A program made the position numbers and the translations under genes. Shown in pieces: positions 29,569 to 39,200 of a DNA stretch of 64,000 nt (positions within the stretch are counted from its first letter, which is position 1; every line of letters begins with the position of its first letter). A model generated the notes under the pieces. It searched no databases, was not told the DNA's origin, and saw only the letters and a program-made list of their open reading frames with translations. This stretch comes from an uncultured Verrucomicrobiae bacterium (lineage in GTDB: Bacteria; Verrucomicrobiota; Verrucomicrobiia; Limisphaerales; Palsa-1400). The stretch is from positions 3,328,001 through 3,392,000 of the forward strand of contig OY969763.1 of assembly GCA_963702845.1 (NCBI GenBank), given 5' to 3'.

Positions 29569-30837
29569 TTAGAAATGGAAGCCGAGACTCGCAGACAACG
29601 CATGGCTGACAAACCGGTAAGTTCCATTGATCCCCGGCTCATCGGTGATCGTTCGGTCCGGCCCGTATGCAAATTGATACGTCACGTCCCAACTGATGCA
29701 CTTGTAGCTTTTGCCAAAACCAAGACTAAAAATGTGCCGGTCCGAATCCGGAACAACCGGATTGAAGTGCTCGTCCGGCGTCGAGTTCATGCTGTAGATA
29801 TAACCACCGCTAACGTGCCAATTGTTCTCCAGGTAGCGCGTCGCGCCAAATTCCAACATCCACGACGATTGCCAATCCAGCGCCAACGACTTTACACCAG
29901 TGAATTGTTTCACAAGCGCGAGGCTTTTCAACCGATGCCAATCCGTCCAATCGGCATCAAATTCGAAATTCCAATTCGTATTCGGCCGGTACGAATAACC
30001 AGCCACAATCGTCTGTGGAAACTTGAACGCAGTATGCGCGTCTTCACCTTGCACATTTAACGAGAACGGAACCACCAGCTTCGTATCTGAGTGCCCGGTC
30101 AGGTCAAATGTCGTTTCGCTGCGATACGTCACACCGAACGAATGCTCACAACAAGGTTGCCAGAGAGCGCCGATATTATAACCCCAGGCATCATCACGTC
30201 CGCGAAAACGCGCGTGATCCACCCCAAACGGTTGAAACACCAATTCCGATTCCGCATGGTTCCATGTCGGTCCCGCCGCGATCGATAACGTCTTGAACGG
30301 CTTGAACGCAATCACCGGGTTCACCGTGATATACATCAGTTGCCCTTTCTTAGGCACATTGAACGCCGACGCCGGATTGTTCAAAAATGGCGCATTATCC
30401 TGCCACTCCAGTCCAAGTCCGTATGGCGAATAAACACCCAAACCCAACGACAACGGAACATCCGTCGGCAGCTTCGCCGTCATATAAAACTGCGGCACCA
30501 CCTGCAGCTTCTGCTTCGTGTTCACCGAATCCGCGCCATTCTCGAAATGGTCGTTCATGTAAATCCCGTAAATTCCGCTGCGCGTATTAATTCCGTCCAA
30601 CTGGGTGATTCCGGCCGGATTGTAGTAAATAGCAGATGGATTATCTGCCGTAGCTACAAACGCATTACCACGTGCAGTGGCAAAAGCGTCCTGGTCAGGT
30701 AGCCGAAGGCCTAACGCAAAAATGTGCGCGGGCAAAAGCAGGGTTGAAATGGTTAATGCGAAACCAAAAGGTTTCGTCACCTTCAGGCGACTCGCAATTG
30801 TTTTCAAAATAAAAATTTTGTTGGTTGACAGCTGCAT
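29569..30837 (-). CDS. OmpP1/FadL/TodX outer-membrane hydrophobic-compound transporter
   Basis: ARGNAFVATADNPSAIYYNPAG signature, SPYGL, beta-barrel pattern, terminal Phe. Confidence 0.92.
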   Translation of the reverse strand: MQLSTNKIFILKTIASRLKVTKPFGFALTISTLLLPAHIFALGLRLPDQDAFATARGNAFVATADNPSAIYYNPAGITQLDGINTRSGIYGIYMNDHFENGADSVNTKQKLQVVPQFYMTAKLPTDVPLSLGLGVYSPYGLGLEWQDNAPFLNNPASAFNVPKKGQLMYITVNPVIAFKPFKTLSIAAGPTWNHAESELVFQPFGVDHARFRGRDDAWGYNIGALWQPCCEHSFGVTYRSETTFDLTGHSDTKLVVPFSLNVQGEDAHTAFKFPQTIVAGYSYRPNTNWNFEFDADWTDWHRLKSLALVKQFTGVKSLALDWQSSWMLEFGATRYLENNWHVSGGYIYSMNSTPDEHFNPVVPDSDRHIFSLGFGKSYKCISWDVTYQFAYGPDRTITDEPGINGTYRFVSHALSASLGFHF

Positions 30838-30853
30838 ACGAGCCACGGACAAG

Positions 30854-30869
30854 AGAAATATTCGTGCCA
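30854..30869 (-). promoter_or_regulatory. Possible sigma54 promoter of the fadL-like gene
   Basis: Reverse complement TGGCAC-GAATA-TTTCT. The -24 element is perfect; the -12 element has one mismatch. Confidence 0.3.
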
Positions 30870-31182
30870 GTCTCAGAAGCGCGAAACACCGCTCGTTACT
30901 AACTGACTATGTGACACTTATAGAAGATTAGATACAGAGCCAGAGTTACCCGAAAGTTCGTAAAAATGGGCAATCCACCGTTTTTTTGACAGAAATCACC
31001 CTTTCGCCTCCACATTCGCGGCAGAAGTCGCGCGTGAAATCGTGAAGCTGCTTTTTCAGTTTCCAGAGCTTTTGCGTCCGAAACGCAGCCGCTTTATTTC
31101 CCGTGTTCTCATTCAAAGTTCAGCGTTCGACGTTCAAAGTTCATCTTTTCCCCTTCGCATCCTTCGCGCGAAACCTTCTCCC

Positions 31183-31226
31183 AAAAAACAAAAAGCTCCC
31201 GTCCAGTCTTGCGACTGAACAGGAGC
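31183..31226 (-). terminator. Intrinsic terminator
   Basis: Minus strand GCTCCTGTTCAGTC-GCAA-GACTGGACGGGAGC followed by TTTTTGTTTTTT. Confidence 0.85.
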
Positions 31227-32052
31227 AAATTGGGGGATGGGAGTGCGCCACTCTCTCTTTCCCGCACCGATGTTAGGCACCTTGCAAGCAAGGTCACCGG
31301 TTTCCCGACGCCATTCTCCACGGCAAGCGGAGTTTATTTCGGCCTCATAGCAGGGCCGTTGATCTCGGTTGCCCGGACCAAATTTGAGTGAGGCCTCTTG
31401 GCTCGCTTAGGCTGGCGTTTGCACCGCCGGCTTACGAACCAGGTCAAGACACGCTTGTGACTGCGGCTTCGCGTCTTAACCACTTTGCGCTGGGTCGGCC
31501 ACCGCTTTTGACAGTGCGTTGGCCCAGTGCTACGGGTCTGACCTCTTAACTCTCAGGTTGCTTTTCGCTCACAAGCCAGCGGTTCTTTTTTTAGAATCGC
31601 CGACGTTTCGGAAGGTTTCAAAGGCCTTGCCTTGGCCAGGTTGTCCTTCCCGGTTCGCTCGCTCACTTTGTCCCATCTTTCGATGTCTTTCGTTTGGCCG
31701 ATGCAAAAATTAATCTGCAACGCCAGAGTCGTTCGAACCGTGCTGATGCACAGTAGCAACCGATTACCCTCTGGGTAACTGCGATTCGCTCAAATCCGAA
31801 ACAGACTTGAACTACTGACTCGACTCGGAACGGTTTCTATTTCGTTCCTGATCGCTCAGTTCCTTTTTCGCGTTTACTGATGGCGCGCGAACGCCACCAG
31901 AGGAACTAGTGAATCCTGCCTCCGGTCTCCGCTCCTCACGGATCGGACTTAGAGGGACCAAGCGAACCAGCCTCGCTCGATCTTTCCCCGGTTGCCCGGG
32001 ATTATCCTTGGAACGCGTCTGACTTTCTTTCGTCCGTCTTTCGCATCCCAGC
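31183..32052 (-). ncRNA. Large (about 860 nt) structured non-coding RNA; MISL-motif candidate or new family
   Basis: No credible ORF. About 20 helices on the minus strand with GNRA, UUCG and CUUG loops and G-U pairs. Ends in the terminator. Confidence 0.75.
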
Positions 32053-32107
32053 TCTTTCAATGAACTGAAATGACTTTATCAGGAAACTCACAACTGACTA
32101 CTGAATC

Positions 32108-32250
32108 TTGCTCACAAGGTTATTCACCGTTTCCAAAAATTATTCACAACCAAAAACCTCAATAAAATCAATGTTTTCGCGGCTTTTTTGACGTTTTGTG
32201 TCAATTGCACAAACCGCATAATTCACAACTCGTGCCCTGACCGTGGATAA
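32108..32250. promoter_or_regulatory. Cluster of DnaA-box-like 9-mers
   Basis: TTATTCACA 32140-32148 (fits TTWTNCACA), TTATTCACC 32120, TAATTCACA 32219, TTATCCACG (minus strand, 32242-32250), TTGCTCACA 32108. Confidence 0.5.
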
Positions 32251-32522
32251 GTTTTACCCTGATGTTTGGTGGAATACTTACCTGATGAGTGCACGCGAAC
32301 TTCACTGTGAGTTTCCTCAGGGGAAACTCATTTAGCTCTATTTTGTGTTGGTGAATAGAAAGGCCTCACCTCACCCCGACACTCGGGTCAGACGAGCTGT
32401 GCCATGCCAACGTCCGAGGGTCCTGTGAAACCATATTGTGCCAAAACAGGGTGAAGACTGTTGTATTGACAGGGGTTTACCGGCGACATACCGTCAACAA
32501 AATACTGCATCGGGTTACTATT

Positions 32523-34010
32523 ATGAAAACAGGTCTCTTCTTGCTCGGGCTTACGTCTGCTCTAATGACGGCAATCGCCGCAGACGCCCAAATCCTCATC
32601 AGCCCAGCCAATCAGACTCTCTTGGCGGGCGACACCCTCACTCTCTCCAACTCCTCAGCGGCACCAAATCTGTCCTACCAGTGGACGCACAATGCTACGG
32701 ACATTGCCGATGCAACGAATGATACCTTGGTCATCACCAACGTCCTTCGCGCTACCGCAGGTAGCTACACCGTTGTCGTTACCGGCGAATCGTCGACGAA
32801 CAGTGATCCGGCATTCGTCACTGTCATTGACCCCGTTATCACGAATCAACCCACCAGCGGCAACGCGCCAATCGGCACGAAGTACACTCTGAGTGTGGGG
32901 GTCGCCGGCACGCCGGTTCCAGGTTTCGCGACCGGATTACATTATCAATGGTACTTCCAAAAATTCGGTGGACCGGCCGCAAAGCCGATGCTCGGAAGAA
33001 CCAACCCGACGCTAAAGTTTACAGCCATCGACGTGATCAATGCGGGTTCGTATTTTTGTGTTGTGACAAATCGCTTTCTGCCCGGCGAAATCGTCGTGCC
33101 GAATGGCAACATTGTTACGAGTGCGGTGGCCACGATCACGACCTTCTATCCGCCAGCGATAAGGGCTCAACCCACCAACATCGTCAGGACCGCAGGCAAC
33201 AATGCTCCGTTCGTTGTTTTGGCTTTTGCCACCGCGCCCTTTCACTATCAATGGAGCTTCAACGGTGTAGAAATTCCAGGTGCAACGAACAGTTCATACA
33301 CACGGCTCGACGTTCAGCCTGCCGATGCGGGCACTTACATCTGCACCGTCACGAATACGCTGGGCGCAAGCACACACACCTCGATCTCGAACGGCCACTT
33401 GATCGTGAACCCGGACAGCAAAAACCCAGCGTCATTCATTACTTATCCTTCGACCGCAACAATTTTGACGAACGGCGTCGTTCGTTCGAACTCGATGGTC
33501 ATCGCCACAGCTCCGGATACAGTCATCGCCGGGCGCGTCACCGACGACGGGTCAATCACCAATGTCACGCTGGTTCGGACCTTCCCACCGTGGGCGACCA
33601 ATTCGCAGTGGGACGTAACGCCACACGGTCAATCGCCCACTCGGCAAACGTGGGTAACAAACGTCACGCTGGTTGATGGAACAAATACCTTCGTTGCCAC
33701 CGCCACCGACAACACCGGCAAGACCAACCAAAGCAATCCGCGAATCATATTCCTGCGCACGCGTGAGCCGTTGGTCGTAAACGTGAACGGCAGCGGAAAG
33801 ACTGTTCCGGTCGGCACGTACTTCGGCGCGGCAAAGAATGGTGCATTGTTAGATGTGAACCGCGGTTATGCCATAAAAGCTGTGGCGACTACTAACGGCG
33901 TCAACTTCGTCAGATGGACTGATGGCGACGGAACCTCGCTCACCAACGGCATTACTCTACAGTTCATCATGACGAATGGCCTGATCTTAAACGCCAACTT
34001 CGATCACTAG
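32523..34010 (+). CDS. Secreted immunoglobulin-domain protein
   Basis: Signal peptide, three Ig units (YQW...AG.Y...VT), LVDGTNTFVATATD Ig-like unit, FVRW...LNANF C-terminal repeat. Confidence 0.8.
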   Translation: MKTGLFLLGLTSALMTAIAADAQILISPANQTLLAGDTLTLSNSSAAPNLSYQWTHNATDIADATNDTLVITNVLRATAGSYTVVVTGESSTNSDPAFVTVIDPVITNQPTSGNAPIGTKYTLSVGVAGTPVPGFATGLHYQWYFQKFGGPAAKPMLGRTNPTLKFTAIDVINAGSYFCVVTNRFLPGEIVVPNGNIVTSAVATITTFYPPAIRAQPTNIVRTAGNNAPFVVLAFATAPFHYQWSFNGVEIPGATNSSYTRLDVQPADAGTYICTVTNTLGASTHTSISNGHLIVNPDSKNPASFITYPSTATILTNGVVRSNSMVIATAPDTVIAGRVTDDGSITNVTLVRTFPPWATNSQWDVTPHGQSPTRQTWVTNVTLVDGTNTFVATATDNTGKTNQSNPRIIFLRTREPLVVNVNGSGKTVPVGTYFGAAKNGALLDVNRGYAIKAVATTNGVNFVRWTDGDGTSLTNGITLQFIMTNGLILNANFDH

Positions 34011-34195
34011 TCAAACGACTCGCCAAAACACCATAGTGCTCGATGTCGACGGCACCAAACTTTCCAGCGACTGGTATCTGCGGTTTGCCGGTCAAATCAA
34101 CCCGATGCTTCTGAACACACCAACCGCGACGACGAGGTGAGTCCCCGGGCTGTTTGCGTTCTTGCGATTAAATAAATTCCGCTAACATCGCCGCG

Positions 34196-34942
34196 ATGCA
34201 TTTCGGTTTTATTCTTCTGCTTTTCGGCGCCGGCCTCTGGGCTGGCACCCAAAACGCATTGGCTGGTGGCGGTTCGTTTGTCACGTTGCCAGCGTTGATA
34301 CTGTCAGGATTAACCGCCCGCGCAGCAAACATCACTTCCACCATCGCACTCTTCCCCGGCCAGGTCACCACCGGCTGGGCGGGTCACAAATCTGCCACCG
34401 GCACCGCGCGCCTCTCCTTCAAAGCCTTCTTCATTATCAGCTTGATCGGCGGCGCATTTGGCGCGTTTCTGCTGCTGCTCACTCCGCCGAGTTTTTTCGC
34501 AAAACTCGTTCCGTGGCTCGTCCTCTTCGCCACCAGCATTTTCACCTGGGGCAGTTTTTTCCGAAAACAATCACCCGATCACGAACCGCTCAGTCCGTGG
34601 CTCGCCGGCGGCGCGCAATTACTCATTGCGATCTACGGCGGTTACTTCGGCGGCGGTATTGGATTTCTCATGCTCGCCGCTCTGACAATCGCCGGCCTAA
34701 AAGTCCGCGCCGCCGGTGCAACCAAAAACGTCCTCGCCGCGGTCATGAATGCTTCAGCGGTGGTCATCTTCCTTTTTTCAAAAGAAATTGCATGGCTCAA
34801 TGCCGTTATCGTCGGCTTGGGCGCAGTCATTGGTGGATTGATCGGCGCGCACCTGCTCCAGCGCGTCAACGAACGAGTCCTCCGCATCGGCATCGTTGTC
34901 CTCGGTCTCGCACTTACTGTCGGCCTGTTCCTGCGTCAGTGA
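34196..34942 (+). CDS. TauE/SafE family sulfite exporter-like membrane protein
   Basis: NALAGGGSFVTLPAL...AANITST; YGGYFGGGIGFLMLA; TKN. Confidence 0.9.
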   Translation: MHFGFILLLFGAGLWAGTQNALAGGGSFVTLPALILSGLTARAANITSTIALFPGQVTTGWAGHKSATGTARLSFKAFFIISLIGGAFGAFLLLLTPPSFFAKLVPWLVLFATSIFTWGSFFRKQSPDHEPLSPWLAGGAQLLIAIYGGYFGGGIGFLMLAALTIAGLKVRAAGATKNVLAAVMNASAVVIFLFSKEIAWLNAVIVGLGAVIGGLIGAHLLQRVNERVLRIGIVVLGLALTVGLFLRQ

Positions 34943-35113
34943 CGCGAGCACGAGCCGTCGATAAAACACCCGACACCCGACGTCATCAAGTTCTCCTGAG
35001 CCGCACACAAGCGAAGCCTGAACGCCTCTCCGTAAAACCCGCATGCACCCGTTCATCCCGTGCCCGATTGGAGCCCACCTCACGTTTGTTAAACTCAAAA
35101 TGATTTACGACCT

Positions 35114-36247
35114 ATGATTATCGGGAATTACGGCAAATACGCTTTGTGCTGCGCCACCACCGCGCTGCTACTCACCCTTCTGCACGCCTCGGCCGCCGTC
35201 GCGCAGACCTTTGGCACCGGCACGTTCCAGGGCATCATTTACTCCGATAGCGACAACGATGAAGGTTTCGGTTCCATCAGGCTGACACTCAATAAAACCG
35301 GTTCATTTACCATGTCCTTTAACGTCGGCGTCAACAGCGTCGGCCATCATTACTATAGCCGCGTCGGCAAGTTCGATCAAAGCGGCCATTATTCATTTTC
35401 AGGCCCAGCGCCGACCGACACTCGCTACGAAATTCCAGTCAACATGGACCTGCAACTGGACTCGACCGATTCACCCACGCGCATCACAGGTCAACTAAAC
35501 GATTATACCCATTCATCGCACATCGAGTTGGAAAAGATTTTTGTCGCGAGCCGTTTCAATCCCTGCCCCGAAGCGGGCGTTTACACCTATCTCTTTTCCG
35601 CGACACATCAACCCGACCCGAACGGCACTGGCTACGGTCGTGTCATCGTCAATACATCAGGCTATCTCTACGCTTATGGATACACGCCGGATGGCCGTTT
35701 CTTCGCCCAGAGCGCAAACGTCACCGTCAATGACCGTTGGCCCGTCTTCACAAAAATGTCAGGCACGATTAACGGAGTCTTTTCTGGCTGGCTGAATTTC
35801 CAGGACCAATCTGATACCGATTTTAGTGGCCAACTCACATGGATTGGGCCCGAAGAACCTGGTCCCAACCACGCGTTCGTCCCGCAATTCGTCACCAGCA
35901 TCAATGTCGCCGGGAGCCGCTACGTCTACACTCCGCGCATGACCGCGCTCGACCTTAACTCCAGCACCAACAACATTCACCTCACTTTCACCGATGGCGG
36001 ATTGGAAAACGAAATCGATCGTGACCTAACGCTCAACCAATATAATCGAATCATTTTCTCCCCGCATCAAATGGGTGATTCAATGTGGGTCTCACCAACC
36101 ACTGGTTTATTCGGCGGCACTTTCATGCACACCGATGGCCGTATCTATGGATTTCATGGAGCCGTCCTGCAAAAGCAAAACATCGGCGGCGGCCAATTCG
36201 TCACTCGAGATCACAACTCCGGCGCCGTGAGTTTCACTGCGAATTAG
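35114..36247 (+). CDS. Secreted beta-rich hypothetical protein
   Basis: Signal peptide. GTFQG...GSIRLTLNKTGSF...GKFD..G; GVYT...GTGYG.V.V...G; TGLFGGTF...FHGAVLQ....GGQF. Confidence 0.7.
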   Translation: MIIGNYGKYALCCATTALLLTLLHASAAVAQTFGTGTFQGIIYSDSDNDEGFGSIRLTLNKTGSFTMSFNVGVNSVGHHYYSRVGKFDQSGHYSFSGPAPTDTRYEIPVNMDLQLDSTDSPTRITGQLNDYTHSSHIELEKIFVASRFNPCPEAGVYTYLFSATHQPDPNGTGYGRVIVNTSGYLYAYGYTPDGRFFAQSANVTVNDRWPVFTKMSGTINGVFSGWLNFQDQSDTDFSGQLTWIGPEEPGPNHAFVPQFVTSINVAGSRYVYTPRMTALDLNSSTNNIHLTFTDGGLENEIDRDLTLNQYNRIIFSPHQMGDSMWVSPTTGLFGGTFMHTDGRIYGFHGAVLQKQNIGGGQFVTRDHNSGAVSFTAN

Positions 36248-36263
36248 CGTTAAACAAGCGCGA

Positions 36264-39200
36264 TTACCAATTTGCGCTGTTGCTCCAAATCGGCACGGAG
36301 TTGTTGGTGGCTTTGCGAATAATCACGCCGTTGCCAGGGACAAATACCGGTGTGTTGCCGACATCCGTCGAACCCGCGCCGACCGATCGCCACGCGTTGT
36401 TCCAATAATAATAAACCGCCGCCGCCGATTTATTTTTCGCGATGACGGTGTTGTCGAACGTCAGCAGTTCGTCGGTGCGGCTTCCCGGGATGGGGCTCGC
36501 CATAAACGCGCCGCTGCTGATCAGTCCAGATTCGTTCAGGGTCAGAAAAGTGGGGCGAGCGAGGCCGATGAAGTTGTCTTGCCCGACAGACATTTGCGCG
36601 CGCAACGGGATGGAAATTTTCGCCGCGTCAACCATGCCAACCGCGGTCCAAGTGGTGTTCGTCGCCACGTTGTGACGAACTATAAACTGCGAGTTCGGCG
36701 GGATTATGTCATCGCCATGATCGGTATTCCCCTGCCCGACGATTTTCCAAACGCCGGCGTTGAAGAAATAAATTTTCGCGGCACTGAGATTGATGCCCGC
36801 GCTGGCCAAGTCCGGCATGAGCAATTCGCTGTTACGCGTACCGAGGGTTGGAGAGACGTTGATAGCCGAGGCGCCATTGAATACTGATGTAAACGACCAA
36901 TTTGGTTCGACCGACACGATATCGCCAGGTGAAAGCGTCGACAGATCGCTGGCCGACAAATCGACCGTGAGCGAATTTGCATTGTTCGCGACGACCGGCC
37001 AGATACGACCCTCGGCGGTGCCCGAGGTCAGCCGCACGTAATAATGATTCGTCTGCGTCCCGGCAGAATAGACAAACTGGTTCGCAGCCCAGTCGGGAAA
37101 GCCGGTAATGGCGATGACGTTGCTGGCGATGAAACTGATTTGCGCCGGTGTCGCTCCTGGCCGAACAAATGGGACCGATACGAAATTGTCCGAGTTGCTG
37201 AAAAACGGCAGACGCATGTAACCCGCGATTTCGCTGAATCCAGCCACGGATTCGATTCGATAAAAGCGCTGTGAGTTGGTGGCACTGTCGGTCACCGTGA
37301 TTCGCGAACCGGACGGCGTGAGCCCGTTGCTGAGCGTCAACCATTGCGGGTTAACTAATGTGTCGTTGTAACGAAGACTGTAGCTATTGCCGGCAATCGC
37401 GTTCCACGTGAACGTCATGCCGCCGCCTGAATTCGGTGTCGCATTGATAAGCCGCAAGCCGCCAAGAACGACGCTCATCGTATTCGTGACTGCGCCTTGG
37501 TATTGCGGGTCAACCACGGTTGCGACAACGGTGTAAGCGCCGGGGTTGGTCGGCGCGACGGACAAGCCGTTGTAAGTGACGTAAGTGTTGAGACTTGGCG
37601 GTATCGTAGCGACAGAAACGGTTTTGGCTGTGCCGTCGTAATTCTGGACAAGGTTCGACAGCGAGACCGTCGCATTGCTAACGACCGTCGCCATCGACCC
37701 AACAGTGAAACTGCCGCTGACGACGTTGCCGGATTTCAGCGTCAGGATTTGGTCTGGCACAATCGGGGTGGTGAAATCGTCTGGCAGACTGACCTGTTGA
37801 TTAACATAGAGCACCGTGCCCTGGCTGTTCGTACCACCGCGGCAATGGAACCGTTGTGATGAACTGAACGCAACGCGCAAACCATCGCCTTGCGACGAAG
37901 TAAGACCGGCCCAATTGCAGTCGTATTTGGTCGAGTCGAAATCAAACGAATTCGGCGCCCACATTCCAGTGATGTCAGCGTTCATGGACGCGGGTGTGGC
38001 AGCGCCGGTCGGTCGCGCGATGCTGGTGTTCGGATAATACGACCAGCGTGAGGCGCGGTCCCACGAAAAGTTCGTGTAGGTCGTCGGCATCTGGAACGTC
38101 CATCCGAGTTCTTGCACGATCCAATTGGCCCCAGTCCAATTGATAGCGTAAGAGAACTGATTGTTGGTGTATTGCGCCGTCAGTGTGCCGAGCGTTGACG
38201 CGCCGCCGTTGCCGCCAACGATGTTGCCGGAGAGGCTTTGCAGTTGGCTGAGGTTCGTTGCATTTACCGGCGTGATGACAACGTTCGCCAGCGTCGATGG
38301 ATACCGGTTTACTTTTTGCCAATAGTTGGGATCCGAAACCGTCTGCCGCACAATGACGTTGAGGTGCGGAATCGGCAGGTTTGCCGGAAGCGTGGTATTC
38401 AGTGAAGAGGTCGTGATGTTCGCGATGACGAACCGGCCGGCGACAATATCGTTACCATCGGGATGGATGAAGTCGACCTGCAGCGAATCAGCGATGGCCA
38501 GCGCGTTTGTCGGCACCGAAATTTGCACGACGCCATTACTGCGCGGCGGCACGGACGTAGTCGTAGTGCCGGATGCAAGGGTGACGGCACCACGTTGCAG
38601 TTGCCACGCGATTGTTAAATACGATAGGTCGGTGAACGAGTACCGATTCGTAATCGGAAAAGATAATTGGCCAGACGCTGAGATGGTCAGCACGTTGGCG
38701 AATTGAATCGGCGAATAAATCATTTTTGCCTCGTAAACACTCGGGCGCGGATTGCGGAAACCATCCGTCATCCCCTTGCATTTCAAAAGGTGAATGCCGG
38801 TTTGCGGGAAGTAGTAGAGCAATTGCACGCCAGTGCTTTGATACGTGTTATAGCTGGAGTCAGGATTCGGATCGGCGACGGCACGATCTGACCACTCGAA
38901 CGGGAACGTGCCGATGATCGTGTCGTATTGCATACAAACCTTCCAAACACGTTGCTGCGCCAGGCCCCAGCGTTCCCACATACTCGCATCGGCTGCGAGA
39001 CGGACATCCCACGTATTCGGCTGTTCCATATAAATATATGGATGACCCGTGGACGGTGCCGCGAGCGCATCACTGATCATCGTATTGGTTGTCGGATAAT
39101 GACGATCGCCGAGTTCGACGTTGTATTGCGACGCGTCGAACCTAGAGACAAGTCGCGGGCGGGTTGGGTCGATGGATTTGATCAAGTCCGCGGTAACTTG

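Noticed and set aside
31183..32052. RNase P RNA, tmRNA, rRNA or group II intron identity for the structured region
   Set aside because: No GAGGAAAGUCC or ACAGAA RNase P motifs, no tRNA-like tmRNA ends, no rRNA signature, no GUGCG start or domain V, and no interrupted host gene seen.
31109..32060. Short ORFs (60-82 aa) in the track across the ncRNA region
   Set aside because: No motifs, atypical composition and mostly non-ATG starts. The RNA structure explains the region better.
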